From Dudresnaya verticillata (lineage: Eukaryota): 64,000 nucleotides of DNA. Positions within the stretch are counted from its first letter, which is position 1. Each line of letters begins with the position of its first letter. Shown piece after piece: positions 38,601 to 49,028 of this stretch. The stretch is taken from contig OZ374558.1 of the NCBI GenBank assembly GCA_977862235.1, forward strand, positions 1,798,001-1,862,000, read 5' to 3'. The notes below the pieces were generated by a model, which did no database searches, was not told the DNA's origin, and worked only from the letters and a program-made list of their open reading frames with translations. A program made the position numbers and the translations under genes.

Positions 38601-40335
38601 GTACAGCGTCTGGTTTCATAGTCACCCGCATAGGCTCGACCTGAGCAGGCGGTCCTGGACCAAGCCGAACTCGAAACACATCTCGAAACTCCCCTAGCAG
38701 GTCCTGCAACTTATGCTTGCCATCCTGAGAGATTCCATTCTTTTCCGCTGACGACAACATTCCATCAAATGCGCCATCCAGTTCCTCCTGGGTATCAACG
38801 CCCAATTCTGTGCGCTGCTCAGATAATGCACTGCCATCACCATCCTCCATGGCAGGGTCGGAGTAAAATAGTCCTGAAGAAAGAAGGCGGGCGATAGAGC
38901 CTTCAGGGTAGTCCCTATCCATCACCTCGGAAGCATCAACCTCCCCTCGGTGTCTGTCACACGCCGCCTCGATTATCTTCTTAGTGTCGAGTCCAAGTGC
39001 TTCCTGGATAGGCCGCCCTAGTAGCGGCTCATCGACGGGCTCGACAGCAACGAGCCAGCGAAGGTTCCGAATCATTAAAGCCTTCCCGTGCCTGATTTTC
39101 AGTTCAGTGTTTATCTCAACTTCACGGTTGCACGTCACATACATTTCGGAAGCAGCAAGTGCGAACTTCCTCGGCCTTTCCAATTCCTTCACATTCATTT
39201 CAGCCCTTCCTTCAACTAGTTCTACGAATACAGTAGATGGTAACAAGTTGATGTCGGAGCCCCCATCTGCGCACAATTTTGTTTGTACTATTCCAGCAAA
39301 GGTAACTCCCATTATTGTCGAATTACCATCTTCAGTAGTTACATCAAGACCTTTTCTAGATGTAACGTGCTTAGCCTTCTGCCTTTTGGACTCCATCAAC
39401 TCACGAATCAGCTCCTTAGCTTTTTCTGGACTCGTCTTCGGGCAATTACGAACACCTCCCTTGTGACGCAAGCCCTTTGCTTTGCATTCCTCATTTAGGC
39501 ATGGAAGTTCGGGAGCGTTGTTATCAGGAGTATGAGTATGAGAGTCTCCCTTACTGTCCTTTGTAGACTTGCTTCCTTTCTTCTCCTTGTTTGCTCGAGC
39601 ACCCTTTGACGCAGTCGAGTTTTGCGGTACATCCTTTTCATTTTTTCCTCGTCCAGAGTTCAACCGAGCCTGTATCACCGCTTCCTTTCTTAACATAGCA
39701 ACGTATGCTTTGACATTTTTTCCAAGCCCTGGTTGATACTCAAGCTGAGATTCCATAGCACCTTTAAGATGAGGAGGATATAATCGCTCTTGCAGTAGCT
39801 TCACGGTATTCTTTGGATTCCTTTCCTTGAAGTTTCCGTACCCAACGCCTTCTAATCGTTGAAAAACGTTGTGGACGTACTGCAAGACACGAGCCTTCGG
39901 ATCTGAAATAGACATGGGCATTCTTACGCCTTTCAAGGCATCTTCGATTACCCTGGGGTCGATGTCCTCGTCCTTTCTTGTGGCGATTATAGATTTGACG
40001 TACGCTTCTATATGCTCGGACTCCAAGTCGACAAATTCAAGACCTGCGACCGAATCCAGATCTCCGAGCTTGTGAAGCATCTTCAGGAGGCTACGATCCA
40101 CTGACACCTTGAACGATGCGACAGACATGGACGGCACTTCCTTTTGTTTTTCCAAAACCTCGTCGACATACCTCTCTCGCTCACGCAAGAATGTAGCCCC
40201 CTTGATTGTGTCCACACTCCTTAAAACAGGATGCTGAACTGGCGCAAACAATGCGCTGGCTCCGAGTCCACTTGAAGCCCCAGCACCATTACCGTCCTCC
40301 TCGTGGTTGGAGCCGCTTCTGGTCATAGGCGGCAT
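35641..40335 (-). CDS. Gag-Pol polyprotein (1564 aa): gag, aspartic protease, RT, RNase H, integrase, chromodomain
   Basis: Protease ADGGSDIN; RT YRMTFDLR, GYWQMPL, WLDD; RNase H YTDAS, EKEAYA, FTDHRNL, NIAAD; integrase H..GH...CLHC, HFDF, SDQG, NGTVE, GPRRI; C-terminal VDKLLD...QVQWLG...DWTWQ chromodomain-like motif. Confidence 0.96.
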   Translation of the reverse strand: MPPMTRSGSNHEEDGNGAGASSGLGASALFAPVQHPVLRSVDTIKGATFLRERERYVDEVLEKQKEVPSMSVASFKVSVDRSLLKMLHKLGDLDSVAGLEFVDLESEHIEAYVKSIIATRKDEDIDPRVIEDALKGVRMPMSISDPKARVLQYVHNVFQRLEGVGYGNFKERNPKNTVKLLQERLYPPHLKGAMESQLEYQPGLGKNVKAYVAMLRKEAVIQARLNSGRGKNEKDVPQNSTASKGARANKEKKGSKSTKDSKGDSHTHTPDNNAPELPCLNEECKAKGLRHKGGVRNCPKTSPEKAKELIRELMESKRQKAKHVTSRKGLDVTTEDGNSTIMGVTFAGIVQTKLCADGGSDINLLPSTVFVELVEGRAEMNVKELERPRKFALAASEMYVTCNREVEINTELKIRHGKALMIRNLRWLVAVEPVDEPLLGRPIQEALGLDTKKIIEAACDRHRGEVDASEVMDRDYPEGSIARLLSSGLFYSDPAMEDGDGSALSEQRTELGVDTQEELDGAFDGMLSSAEKNGISQDGKHKLQDLLGEFRDVFRVRLGPGPPAQVEPMRVTMKPDAVPYMSKVRRYPAEQRDYMKRLVDRLVEFGMAVPNKHAEWTSPPLLVQKPDSTKYRMTFDLRRANQNTKPVAWPMPHIQSELLDFAGSRYFASIAFCAGYWQMPLHEESQGLHSFVTPAGVYKPTRTLQGGMNAVQNFQSRVEPCFQSLVKAVKAWLDDFGVHADSEDGLISNLRIFFTVCRQRNLKVSAKKSVLFDRKLQWCGYIVDTEGVQCDPRRLSGLKTGFYPVTAAELSQFVNCLQWMSTYLPDFASRVAPLRDLLEQAYAKSGKRTSRSIQGIRLSSLSWGPKHANAFDSLQEQLQKAVKIAHRDQKKASCDYTDASDEHWAAIVTQCEQNCLSLPIEEQRHQPLAFLGSAFNETQQHWSTFEKEAYAVFQSFEKMDFMLSCEEDIHLFTDHRNLLFVYNPTALNPMLGRHIVNKVQRWALFLSRFMYTIEHISGERNIAADLMARWYAGYRGRRKGARRITSLMMAEDIVRTPSSEGFDIPTFDMVKTSQLNAGHRPTDLKFGDDGLWRHGNLIWIPDTDIELQMKLLVVSHCGTVGHRGCDSTISRLKEQFYWRSMEADARAFVAGCLHCIIAKSGERVPRPISLTLHGTMPNEVVHFDFIYMGIGKDGLKYLLVIRDDLSTYLWLCPCVAADSEAAAKNISRWIRVFTTMVYWVSDQGPHFKNTAMNTMAKTYNIKHQFAVAYSPWVNGTVEVCMRHIRAACTALLSEFQLGPQDWPSVVDLIMAALNEAPLKRLGSRADGTYRTPLEVMTGIKPARSVLPMAADGNRREVQITQVNARRIIKIDELQEALGLMHKEVGERVANSRLKQVEHHNKRTNLVTPHFDVGDFVVVRRAQNKGHKLQFRWIGPRRISRVISETIYEVTGLIDGKIEVVHAARLMLYRAKLDGSVVSEKLLRQVEHLEANFEMVDKLLDIGEADDGMFIQVQWLGQPHRTDWTWQALKELYEDVPEKVKHFLSTTRKRKLARKACNELKISLE

Positions 40336-40427
40336 CTTGAAGCACAGCCTTTCACTCGCTCTCCTAGCGACCTAGCCAAAGCACACAGCACTCTCTGGTC
40401 CCCTGCAGGTGTCGACACAGAACTTTC

Positions 40428-40934
40428 TGTAAACTCTGCGTTGTGCTTCTCCGCGTTGTTGTGAAAACTGTACTCTGCCCCTTCCCTCTCCTTGCGTTTG
40501 CTCAGAGAGGAGCAGCTTTTATTGTCATGTTTGTTCCTTCTGCCAGCTCCAGAAAGGTGGGGCTAGACACAAAAGAGTCATCTTCATTCGTTCTGCCAGC
40601 TCCAGTACGTTGGAGCTGGACACAGAACAGTCATCCTCATTCCTCCTGTCAGCTCCAGAACGTTGGAGCTATACACAGAATAGCCATCCTCATTCCCCCT
40701 GCCAGCCCCAGAACCTTGGAGCTAGGCACAGAACAGCCATCCTAATTCCTCCTGCAAGCTCCAGAACGTTGGGGCTAGACATGGAATAGATAACGTAATA
40801 CTCTAACGGCATACCGTACTGTGCCACATGTATAAATCTGAACAGTACTACAAAAACAAATATCCCCCGTCCGAGCTTGAAGAACAAGTCCGTGTTGACG
40901 GCATAAAGTTGTCGCTAGTCTAAATCTCTCTACA
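40428..40934 (-). repeat. 5' LTR (507 bp)
   Basis: Same termini as the other LTR, with one extra 53-bp internal repeat. Confidence 0.95.
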
Positions 40935-42348
40935 CATCTAATCGACCTCAGCGACCTGAAGAAAGTAAATATTGTGTTGGATCGATTAGAGGTCCTCGTT
41001 TCAATTCATTTCAATTCGTGACCCGCTCTGTGCACACCCACATACCTCAGGATATAGCCAACTTTCAAACATAGATATTGGATATCACAATACCACTTAC
41101 TAATACTTTCATGCCCCATTGCGCCGACCACGTGCCAGGGTGCCAATTGCCAAAGGTCAAACATACAATAGCTGCAGCTGGCGGACGATCTGAGCTAAAC
41201 AAGGCACGCAACTTCATGACGAACTGGCGACGTTGCCGCCTCCTGAGCTCTACGCCCACTACGTTCTACGGTTGCGCGAGGATGGCCCCAGCCGGATGAA
41301 TAGCGATACGCCTCGAGAGTGGCTCTACATACAAATCTTCTAGGATCTAGACCACCTCTGAACCGAAGCTGAGAGTCATATGCAGAAACGCGCTCCAGGT
41401 TGCAGATCGCGCAGATCCCGCACTCGGCCATGAGAGCGGAATCTTAAGTATGGAACAACGTGTGAACGCATGACGGCGACGGCGATGATATATTGAGAAT
41501 CGAACGGATCCCGTTTTCCGCTTGTGGCACAGTGCTCTCCGCAATGTTGCAGCGAAGAATGTGCTGCCGGATATCTTTCGAAAACGGAGTAGTTTTGTGG
41601 AACTTTCCGGCAGCGTCACAATTTCCTAAGACACGGCCAAAAGTAAATCAGAAATTCGTCTTGTACCCTGTTTTAGCACATCATGTAAGTTTGGGGACGG
41701 TGCAGTGCCGCAAGCTGGAAACATGACGAGCGGCGCATTGCGTGAGCGAAAATGTGAGCATTGTCGGGACGTGCGAGATGAGACGAGCCTCGCATGACCG
41801 CGCCGCCAGTACCTTCGAAGGTACACCGCACCTCAACGGGATGCTTTCCTGAGATATGCAAGCCTTGTCGTCCTTATCGCGTTGAAGGCCCACAGTGGCA
41901 TTCACATGCAGTCCAGTTTTCAACCTGTCTAATAGGCACTGTCAGGCCGTTCACGGAGCAAGGAGCCACCATGAAGATGGAACAGTGTGTGAGAACGTCG
42001 CCCTACATGATTCAAACCACCCATAGTTCGTGAAAGAGCACGAGCGTGGCAACTTATAGAAGGAGGGGCGTTGGGTCTTCGCCAAGGTGGTGATGAATCG
42101 AACGCTACGCTGTGACTCTACCGCAGAGCCCCAAGAATATTCTTAGGTATGTTTTTCTGGTGCACGTTGTATTCCAAACGTACCAAAACCCGAACACTGC
42201 CGTTCGCATTATCCTTGGTAGGAGATCCTAGCGGCCTGGAAGTGAGCAGGTTTGTTGACAGAGCTAGGGGCCGAGCGGGTTGAAATGTTTTTGGCTCAAA
42301 GAAGAGCAGTAGAAGCAGCCTTCAAATATCGGCTTTGTCCGGAAACTT
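40935..42348. repeat. Unit U copy, continuation after the gypsy element; truncated and more diverged towards the kinase 3' flank
   Basis: Matches array positions ~898-2310; similarity drops from ~42215 and ends near 'tttgtccggaa'. Confidence 0.9.
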
Positions 42349-42426
42349 GAAAGGGAATGTACTAGTCTATGATCCGAGTCATCTATACAGCCTTTACGAA
42401 TCGAAAGAACTAATATGCTGTAGATA

Positions 42427-43554
42427 CTACATACTACCGATAATGTCTTGGAGCACCCTGTAATCTTCGTCTTGAACGTCAGAAACACTCTCTAAGTACG
42501 TAAAGTATTCCTGTATGGCAGGAGGCACTGAGCTACACAGGCGAGTGATCGGGGTTCTGAGCTTCATCATTAAAATCTCATCTGCTTCGATATCCTGATC
42601 CCAAATTAATTTGCCTTGCAGCATGTGTAGAAGTACATATCCTAAGCTTTCAAATTCATCGGCTGGAGACTGAACGTGATGGCAATGTGCAGCTATTGGG
42701 GCATATATCAACGTCCCGACGAACGGCACCTCAACCTGCTCAGCTTCTTGAAAGAAACATGATGTACCAAAATCGATTACATGTATGTAGTTGAGGTTGT
42801 CTCGATCGAACACAATATTTGCAGGTTTAAGGTCGCGGTGAAGATAGCCAAGACCATGCAATTTTCGAAGGCGATGGAGCACCTGGATTCCGATACTAGC
42901 TGTGAGTTTGGCAGATAGGCGCCCTCCACTTACATCCATGAGAGATTCGATAGAGGGACCATGCAAGTTCATGACCATAAAAGGATAGCCCGAATGACTT
43001 GCGAGATATCTGCAAGGTGGAAAATGTTCCGGATACCTCTCGTTCAATATTCTATAGAGTCCAAATTCCAAATTAACGAATGACGCATCCACTTCGAGTG
43101 GGTTATTTTCCACCTTGACTGCGGCAGTCTCATTTCGGTGCAAATCAAATGCCTCATAGACACCGCCGCATGCGCCGCTACCAATCTTCCTTTTCAGAGC
43201 CCACCGGCCAGCTAGAAGCTCGCCTTCGAATGCAGGCGCGCGCACTGGATGACTCAGCTCTTCTTCAGATTGCATTTTTTGTTGTCTCACCTGACCCGTG
43301 GCAGCGCCGGTAGGTAACTCGTATGCCTCTTTTGACAATCTAGCTTCCACAATATTCTTGCTTTCAATGACATGGTTTTTTTCAATCGGCTTCAAATCGC
43401 GGTTTTGATTTTCATGACGCTTGTCCCCGGAAACATTGATACCCCCAATCTTCAGGTCCTTCATTCTGACTGAGACGAAGATATTCTGGCCCGAGTTTCG
43501 TCCAGCTACAATGGTGCGAAGGGAAGTTTTTTGTTGAGAAAATGCTTGTCCCAT
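42427..43554 (-). CDS. Divergent casein kinase 1 (CK1)-family Ser/Thr protein kinase, apparently intronless
   Basis: KIGSGACGGVY, AAVKVE, HRDLKPAN, IDFG, FVGTLIYAPIAAH (CK1 GT.RYAS..AH-like, no APE) and DEFESLGYVL (CK1 DDLESLGY). Start set at ATG 43554 (MGQAFS); ATG 43704 is also in frame, and the track start is TTG. Confidence 0.9.
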   Translation of the reverse strand: MGQAFSQQKTSLRTIVAGRNSGQNIFVSVRMKDLKIGGINVSGDKRHENQNRDLKPIEKNHVIESKNIVEARLSKEAYELPTGAATGQVRQQKMQSEEELSHPVRAPAFEGELLAGRWALKRKIGSGACGGVYEAFDLHRNETAAVKVENNPLEVDASFVNLEFGLYRILNERYPEHFPPCRYLASHSGYPFMVMNLHGPSIESLMDVSGGRLSAKLTASIGIQVLHRLRKLHGLGYLHRDLKPANIVFDRDNLNYIHVIDFGTSCFFQEAEQVEVPFVGTLIYAPIAAHCHHVQSPADEFESLGYVLLHMLQGKLIWDQDIEADEILMMKLRTPITRLCSSVPPAIQEYFTYLESVSDVQDEDYRVLQDIIGSM

Positions 43555-44501
43555 ATTTGCGTTCTGATTTGAATACTCTGTGGCTCGAATGCTGTTCCGA
43601 AACGTTGCGGAAGAAAGCTTTGATAAGCACTTATTGACGGGGTGTTCTTTGGAGAGCTTGTTTTTCTCAAGAAAGTTTATGTATAAAATGAACTCTAGCG
43701 TCATTACGGCACGGCCCAAACCTTTTTTCCTTTTTTTCTATATTTGTGACAGCACTTGGGAATCACACCTACAGTGGCAATAAACTTTATTGGGAGCATG
43801 GTACCATCATTGCAGGCATCACAGAAGTCACGAAAAGATTACTCGGTCTTGGAACGCGTTTGCCACGTCACACACAAGCATCCAACAGTATACTCACAGA
43901 ATATGTAGGATGTGCTCGACCTGGGTAGACAGCATTTAGCACATTATCGATAAAATGAAGTCGGCAGATAGTTAGACGTGAACACGAGCAGTTGTTCTTC
44001 AACGTAAATTCCGGAGTGTAACCCTTTCTTAATTGTGTCCATAAAGAGAAGGCCTTTTTTGTCAACTAATGTCCCACCCAAACGACAAGGGTTGCTGTAG
44101 CCGTTGTTCTATAATGAAGGATGACAAATACTTTCTTTACAGCAACAAGTTTCCCATGGCGGACATCTCGGCCATGTTTTCTACGACATGGGTTTATTCG
44201 CGCAGTTGCAGAACGCCTCCACGTCGTATCTTTATTACGGCATTTTAATGCAACAACCTTTTTGTTTCAGCGCTGTCGCACACTCAGCGCATTTTTTGTG
44301 CCGTCCTCCTATTCTATTGCCTACGATATTCGCAAGTAGCGTAGCCATATCCAACCGTTGTGAAAAAGAAGCCATGTCGAATTGCCGACTCCTTCCATTT
44401 TTAGTATTATTTTTAACGCAGTCGTACCTGATTCGTCCAGTCGCCTCATTCGCATCGCCGATTGGCCGTGCGCGATTTGATCCCAGATATTTTGTACAGA
44501 G

Positions 44502-44978
44502 AGAGAGAGACCTTTATTAAACAACAAGAGAGAAGCCCCTTAAGGGGGCTTAGGATTCAGAGCTACCATAAAGAGGCGGAGGAGCAAGCTTGCGGCGGTT
44601 GACACTCACCGCCACGCATTGGAGAACTAAAGAGAGTAAACGAGTAGTGAGGCGAAGTTTCTCCGTAGACGGAGAGGTCCCGCGCTTGCTGGCAATGAAA
44701 TTAGCAATACGTTGGGCGCCAACTTCAAAGCCAGATCCAACACGGCCATAGACATCTACAACCATAGGATGGATAACCATATCCAAACTAGCGCACACGC
44801 GGCGGTAATGAGAGCGTTTGACACGTTCGCGAGCTGCAATGGCTTGGCCAGCAACGCGACCAGTGGAACCATGAATAGAATGGGGACTGACGACCGAGAC
44901 ATCAAATCCATGGGGGTGAGGGGCAAAGCCACGATCATCAACGAAAATATCCATACGCAGTTGGTCACGTGGATCAAC
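44502..44978 (-). mobile_element. Strongly 5'-truncated CRE-like element (RLE C-terminus and 3' UTR), a diverged relative of 32339-34621
   Basis: RDQLRMDIFVDD..FAP.P.GFDVSVVSPH...KRSHYRRVC...HPMVVDVYG.VGSGFE.GAQRIANFIA..RGTSP..EKL...VAVSVNRR; flanked by a 99-bp direct repeat (44403-44501, 44979-45077). Confidence 0.93.
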
Positions 44979-45769
44979 AGTATTATTTTTAACGCAGTCG
45001 TACCTGATTCGCCCAGTCGCCTCATTCTCATCGCCGATTGGCCGTGCGCGATTTGATCCCAGATATTTTGTACAGAGCGCGGAGCGACGCCGAGCGGCAA
45101 TCGCTCCAATCACCTCCATCCCGGCCGTGATACCTCCTCAGCCCACAAGTCCCACTACCGCCTTCGTCAACCTCGTGTTCTCGTCCGAGTCGCGCCAGCG
45201 CCCTTTTCAGACAGCGACGAAAAGAGCACGTGCCCTTGAATCGAGCGTGTGATCAAGCGTCAACCGGGAGGCGGAATCGGCGCGCGTGGGGAATAGCAGG
45301 GAGGCGACAACCGCGGCAGCCATGGAGTCACCGTCGTTGTGCGGGAGGTTGAACGAACTTGCTCTGCGAAACAAATATGTAACGGTGAGCTGAGCAAGGC
45401 ACCGCCTGGTTGTGAAGATCTCGCCACCGCCAGGAGAGGGTGCCGTTGGTGAGGCCGAGTTTCTCCTGTTCCATCGGACTCAATAGTCTGGCCCGACCAC
45501 ATGCGACAAGTGGAAGCGGCCTGCCAATGACATTGCTTCGTGTTTTACGTCTAATACCACTCTGTATGGGACATAAAGGACCGTTGTGGGCGGAGAATGA
45601 GAGAGGCATAACATAAGCGGTTCTACCGTGCAATACTCTTCTCGAGATTTGCCTACATGACGAATCAGTTTTTGTTTTTCTACTGCAACGAGTCCAGAAA
45701 GTGTGAGATCATGGACCTTGACGTGATCACATGGCGTTTCGATGACGATGATACCTAAGAGAGCGCGTC

Positions 45770-46615
45770 TTGTCAACGACGTTCCTGGGTTTATGCTCCA
45801 AGGCGTATGGTAACGAAGGTAATGCTCGCCTGTTACTGCGCACGCGGGATACAAGTAGAGGCACGCACCTCCCACCACCCAACAACCAAGATGACCGATC
45901 AGAATCACCCCACCAAACACAGCCGTCTATCGACAGGGGCCGAACAAAATCGAACTTCTTGGATCCGCGCAACCTAGTCGCTGAGATGCACCAAACCTTG
46001 TTCATCATGACCGATGCTACAAATCCGGACAAAAGGATGCAGTTTCTCGAAGCAGTCGTTTCTCGAAGCAGGCGTTTCTCGAAGCAGGCGTTTCTCAAAG
46101 CAGGCTAGACGGAGCTAGCGCAGGGAAAGCTCCAGTATTACCGCTATCTCGAAGACCACCTCCCGGTACATATACATTTCGATATGGCCGAAATGTGCAT
46201 CCCACAAAGTGTGATCCTGGCGCCCCTCCTGTGCAGAGGGAGGGGCTTTTTCGTCGATCCGGCGCGGAGAGAGAGGAATACAGCTGCTCACGATTTGGTG
46301 CAGATTACAATCGCGCTGCAGAAGCAATACGGTCGCGGACATTGTTCGCAAAGACACATCCTCGTTCTGCGTCGAGAAGAATATAATGAAGAAGGCGTTG
46401 GCTTCTTGGTAGGAAGGCTGCAAGACGTGTGGCTCTATCCCGTAGATCCGTTGAGGGATTGTGCGCTGGGTCCGACACGCCACTGTCGCACCTTACGCCC
46501 CGGCTTCGGTGGGGTTGGGCGGCGAGGCGCAGCACATGCGCCGTCCCGCAATGGGCACATTTGGTTGGACGTATGGTGCGACAGGTGTCCTAACAGGAAG
46601 CTCTGCACCGTTTGA
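45770..46615 (+). pseudogene. Possible interrupted ORF of unknown product
   Basis: Track ORFs 45770-46108 and 46184-46615 share one frame, broken by a single TAG (46106-46108) just after a 4x16-bp repeat (GTTTCTCGAAGCAGGC, about 46042-46105). No family recognised. Confidence 0.3.
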
Positions 46616-47245
46616 TTGGCTCAAGTTCGAAGCACGTCGTCTTCCGAACCGCCTCCGTCGCTCAGCACGCATTGACACGCATTGCCACTGCAGGTGCGCA
46701 GCAGCATTGCATTCCACTGCATTCCAGCTATGCCACATTTCAGCACTACGTCTTCAAATTGCGTACAAACGTGCACTGTAGCACATCCGTACCTCCCCCA
46801 CATTGATCCTCCGCCATGACGTGATTCTGTTCCTAACATCGCGATTTCCCGCTCCAAAACCGCCGCGCTGTCGCCGAGGTCACCGCCGACACCGTTCACC
46901 GCCAATCGCGGGAGCGTCTTCGTCCAAACCCTACTCCCGCCCGCTACAGGCGCCATTCCCGCGTGTCACGCCCACCCGGCCGTCGCATCCGCCCCCACCA
47001 TTCTCTCGTCACGCCCACCCGCGCCAAGACCGCGAAAAAAACCGCCCGCAACTTATAATGCCCGGTCCCCCCTGCTCCGCCTCACCACACCCCTCGCCTC
47101 CCTTCCAAGTTTCAAGCACATCCCCCACCGTCTTCGAACGCTCGTACACACCCGCACAACCGTTGCCAGCCCTCTCTCTCTGTCCCCTCATCTCTCCCCG
47201 CCGCTGCCTCGAACCTGCCCTCCACCTCGCAACGGCAACCTCACC

Positions 47246-47834
47246 ATGAACTTCCAGCACAACGACCCGCCGCTTCCGTCCTCCTCCGCCCCGGCCCCGG
47301 CCCTGGCCTCTACCTCGTCCCCGACCTCGGCCCCGGCCTCCGCCTCGGCCTCGGCCCCGGCCTCGGCCCCGGCCTCTGCTGCCGACCAGATCCACATCCA
47401 GCTGGGCAGGATCGATGCCCCGATGCCCCGAAGAGAGCCAAGGCCAGTCGTGCCAGCCCGCACCTCCCCGCCGAGAAGGGCAAGGCAGAGTTGGCCGCAG
47501 CAATCGCCGCCAATTATCAGGATCCGGGCCGCAACGTCAAGGATAGATTCAAGCGCACCGTCGCTGGGTGCAACAATTCCTTCCTGTCCAGGTACAACCT
47601 CAAAGCCCTACAGATGTACGGAGTCTGGTTGATGCGCGTGCGAGCTTGGTGAGCGTGGTTGATGCGCGTGCGAGCTTGGTGAGCGTGGTTGATGCGCGTG
47701 CGAGCACGCGCATCAACCAGACTCCGTACATCTGCAAGGAGACCAACTGCGGTAAGCGGTTCAAGTGGAAGAGCAGCTTGTTACATCATTGCAGGTCCCA
47801 CGGCGTCAAGCGCCTCGCTCGCTTACAATCATGA
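47246..47834 (+). pseudogene. C2H2 zinc-finger gene disrupted by a fold-back rearrangement
   Basis: ATG 47246, Pro/Ala/Ser-rich region, then KPYRCTESG* (stop where the second Cys is expected). An intact finger PYICKETNCGKRFKWKSSLLHHCRSH follows in a different frame. Confidence 0.75.
47611..47734. repeat. Perfect 31-bp inverted repeat enclosing a 30-bp tandem repeat
   Basis: 47611-47641 CAGATGTACGGAGTCTGGTTGATGCGCGTGC is the reverse complement of 47704-47734. TGGTTGATGCGCGTGCGAGCTTGGTGAGCG starts at 47626, 47656 and 47686 (partial). Confidence 0.97.
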
Positions 47835-48257
47835 GAGTCAGAGTCAGGGCGCGGCGAGCGCGGGCGCAGCTGCCGCGCATGCTGCAAAGCTGTCCTAGCA
47901 GCACAACCCCGGTCACATCAACTCCGCTCACATCGCCATTGTCGATGGGCCGCGTGCAAGCGAGCCGGTCAACGCCACGGCCGCAGGCGTTCCATCTGGC
48001 AATGCGCCGCGGGTCTGAATGGAGTGATCGGGTTTGGAGACCTGATGCGCCGGATCGTATGGGCGCTGATCAGCTTCCGGGTGAGCACGTGGAGAGTTTC
48101 ATGCAGGGTGACCTCATTCCTGGGCAGCATAACTAAGAAGCAGATGCGGGAGGAGCTCAACAATTAACATTGTAGCACTAATCGACTGTAGATTAACTTG
48201 TCTCACCCCGTTTCGCTTCTCCCTGTTGTGAATACTCTTGTGGATATCTGCTTTTGT

Positions 48258-49028
48258 TTGTTTTGTAAATCTCACTGTGTTTGGAGCGCTAGCTGCGCTC
48301 GATCTCGTGTATATCGCTTTACTCTTCTGTTGCCACTGGGAGCGCGGCCACTACCTCTGCGATCGGTGCGAGGACGAATCTCAGATGTTTGGTTGAGAAC
48401 GAATGGATTATGAATGGTCTATGACGCTTGCGTTGAGAGGGTTGGAGGTGGGCGGCATGCTCGCTCAAAAGTTCACGCTTCGTGTTAAAGCTTCGCTGGG
48501 TAAGGAGAGGGGGTTGGGGGCGGCGAATGGGAAGGTTCGTAAATGCCACCTCACTGCGAGCTTCCGCTCGCGGTTATCGGCAAGTCGGAGGGCGGAAGGC
48601 AGGGTATGCCTGGACAATACGGGTGCGCTTCGCGGGCTTGCCAGGGACGTTTACCATTCGGCTCAGATGGAGGCTGGAATGTCGGCATAGCGTGAGGGGC
48701 AGCGGAGGTATTCCTGGAGTATCGATAAGGGGAGCATATGGACAGCGTTGCGTTGATTGTTTGCTGTGTGTGCCGGCAGGCAGGCGGCAGTGGGCTTGCG
48801 CGAGCGCGCGAGTTTCCGCAGTCCTGCGGATAGCTTGTGTTGGATGGATACCGCGGTTTGCCCTTTGCCTCGGGGACCGGAAGGCTGGATCGTGGGAAAA
48901 CGTCTTTTTTTACGGCTAGCTCAGGCCAGGGCATTGGATGACTTGGAGTTTTGCAGAGTATCAGAAACTGGCGCGAAAAGTTTGCCGTGGAAACTCGAGA
49001 ACAAATTCGTCGGCCGCTTCCAGTCTTG
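48258..49028 (-). mobile_element. Second copy of the LINE-like relic
   Basis: Paralog of 24680-25450 (offset 23,578). Confidence 0.55.

Larger units (their letters stand above)
35151..40934 (-). mobile_element. Full-length Ty3/gypsy chromodomain LTR retrotransposon inserted in unit U
   Basis: Two LTRs with TG...CA ends; CATC duplicated at 35147-35150 and 40935-40938; U resumes after the element; single gag-pol ORF in PR-RT-RH-IN order. Confidence 0.97.

Noticed and set aside
44979..45119. N-terminal part of the 189-aa ORF 44550-45119
   Set aside because: It lies in the duplicated target and flank; similarity to the CRE protein begins only at about 44978.
46385..46412. EEGVGFLV resembling an APE-endonuclease GVGFLV motif
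   Set aside because: Isolated hexapeptide with no other APE motifs (QE, GDFN, SDH) nearby.
47009..47503. RG-repeat protein on the minus strand
   Set aside because: It is the antisense of the Pro/Ala/Ser-coding GCCCCG repeats of the zinc-finger gene.
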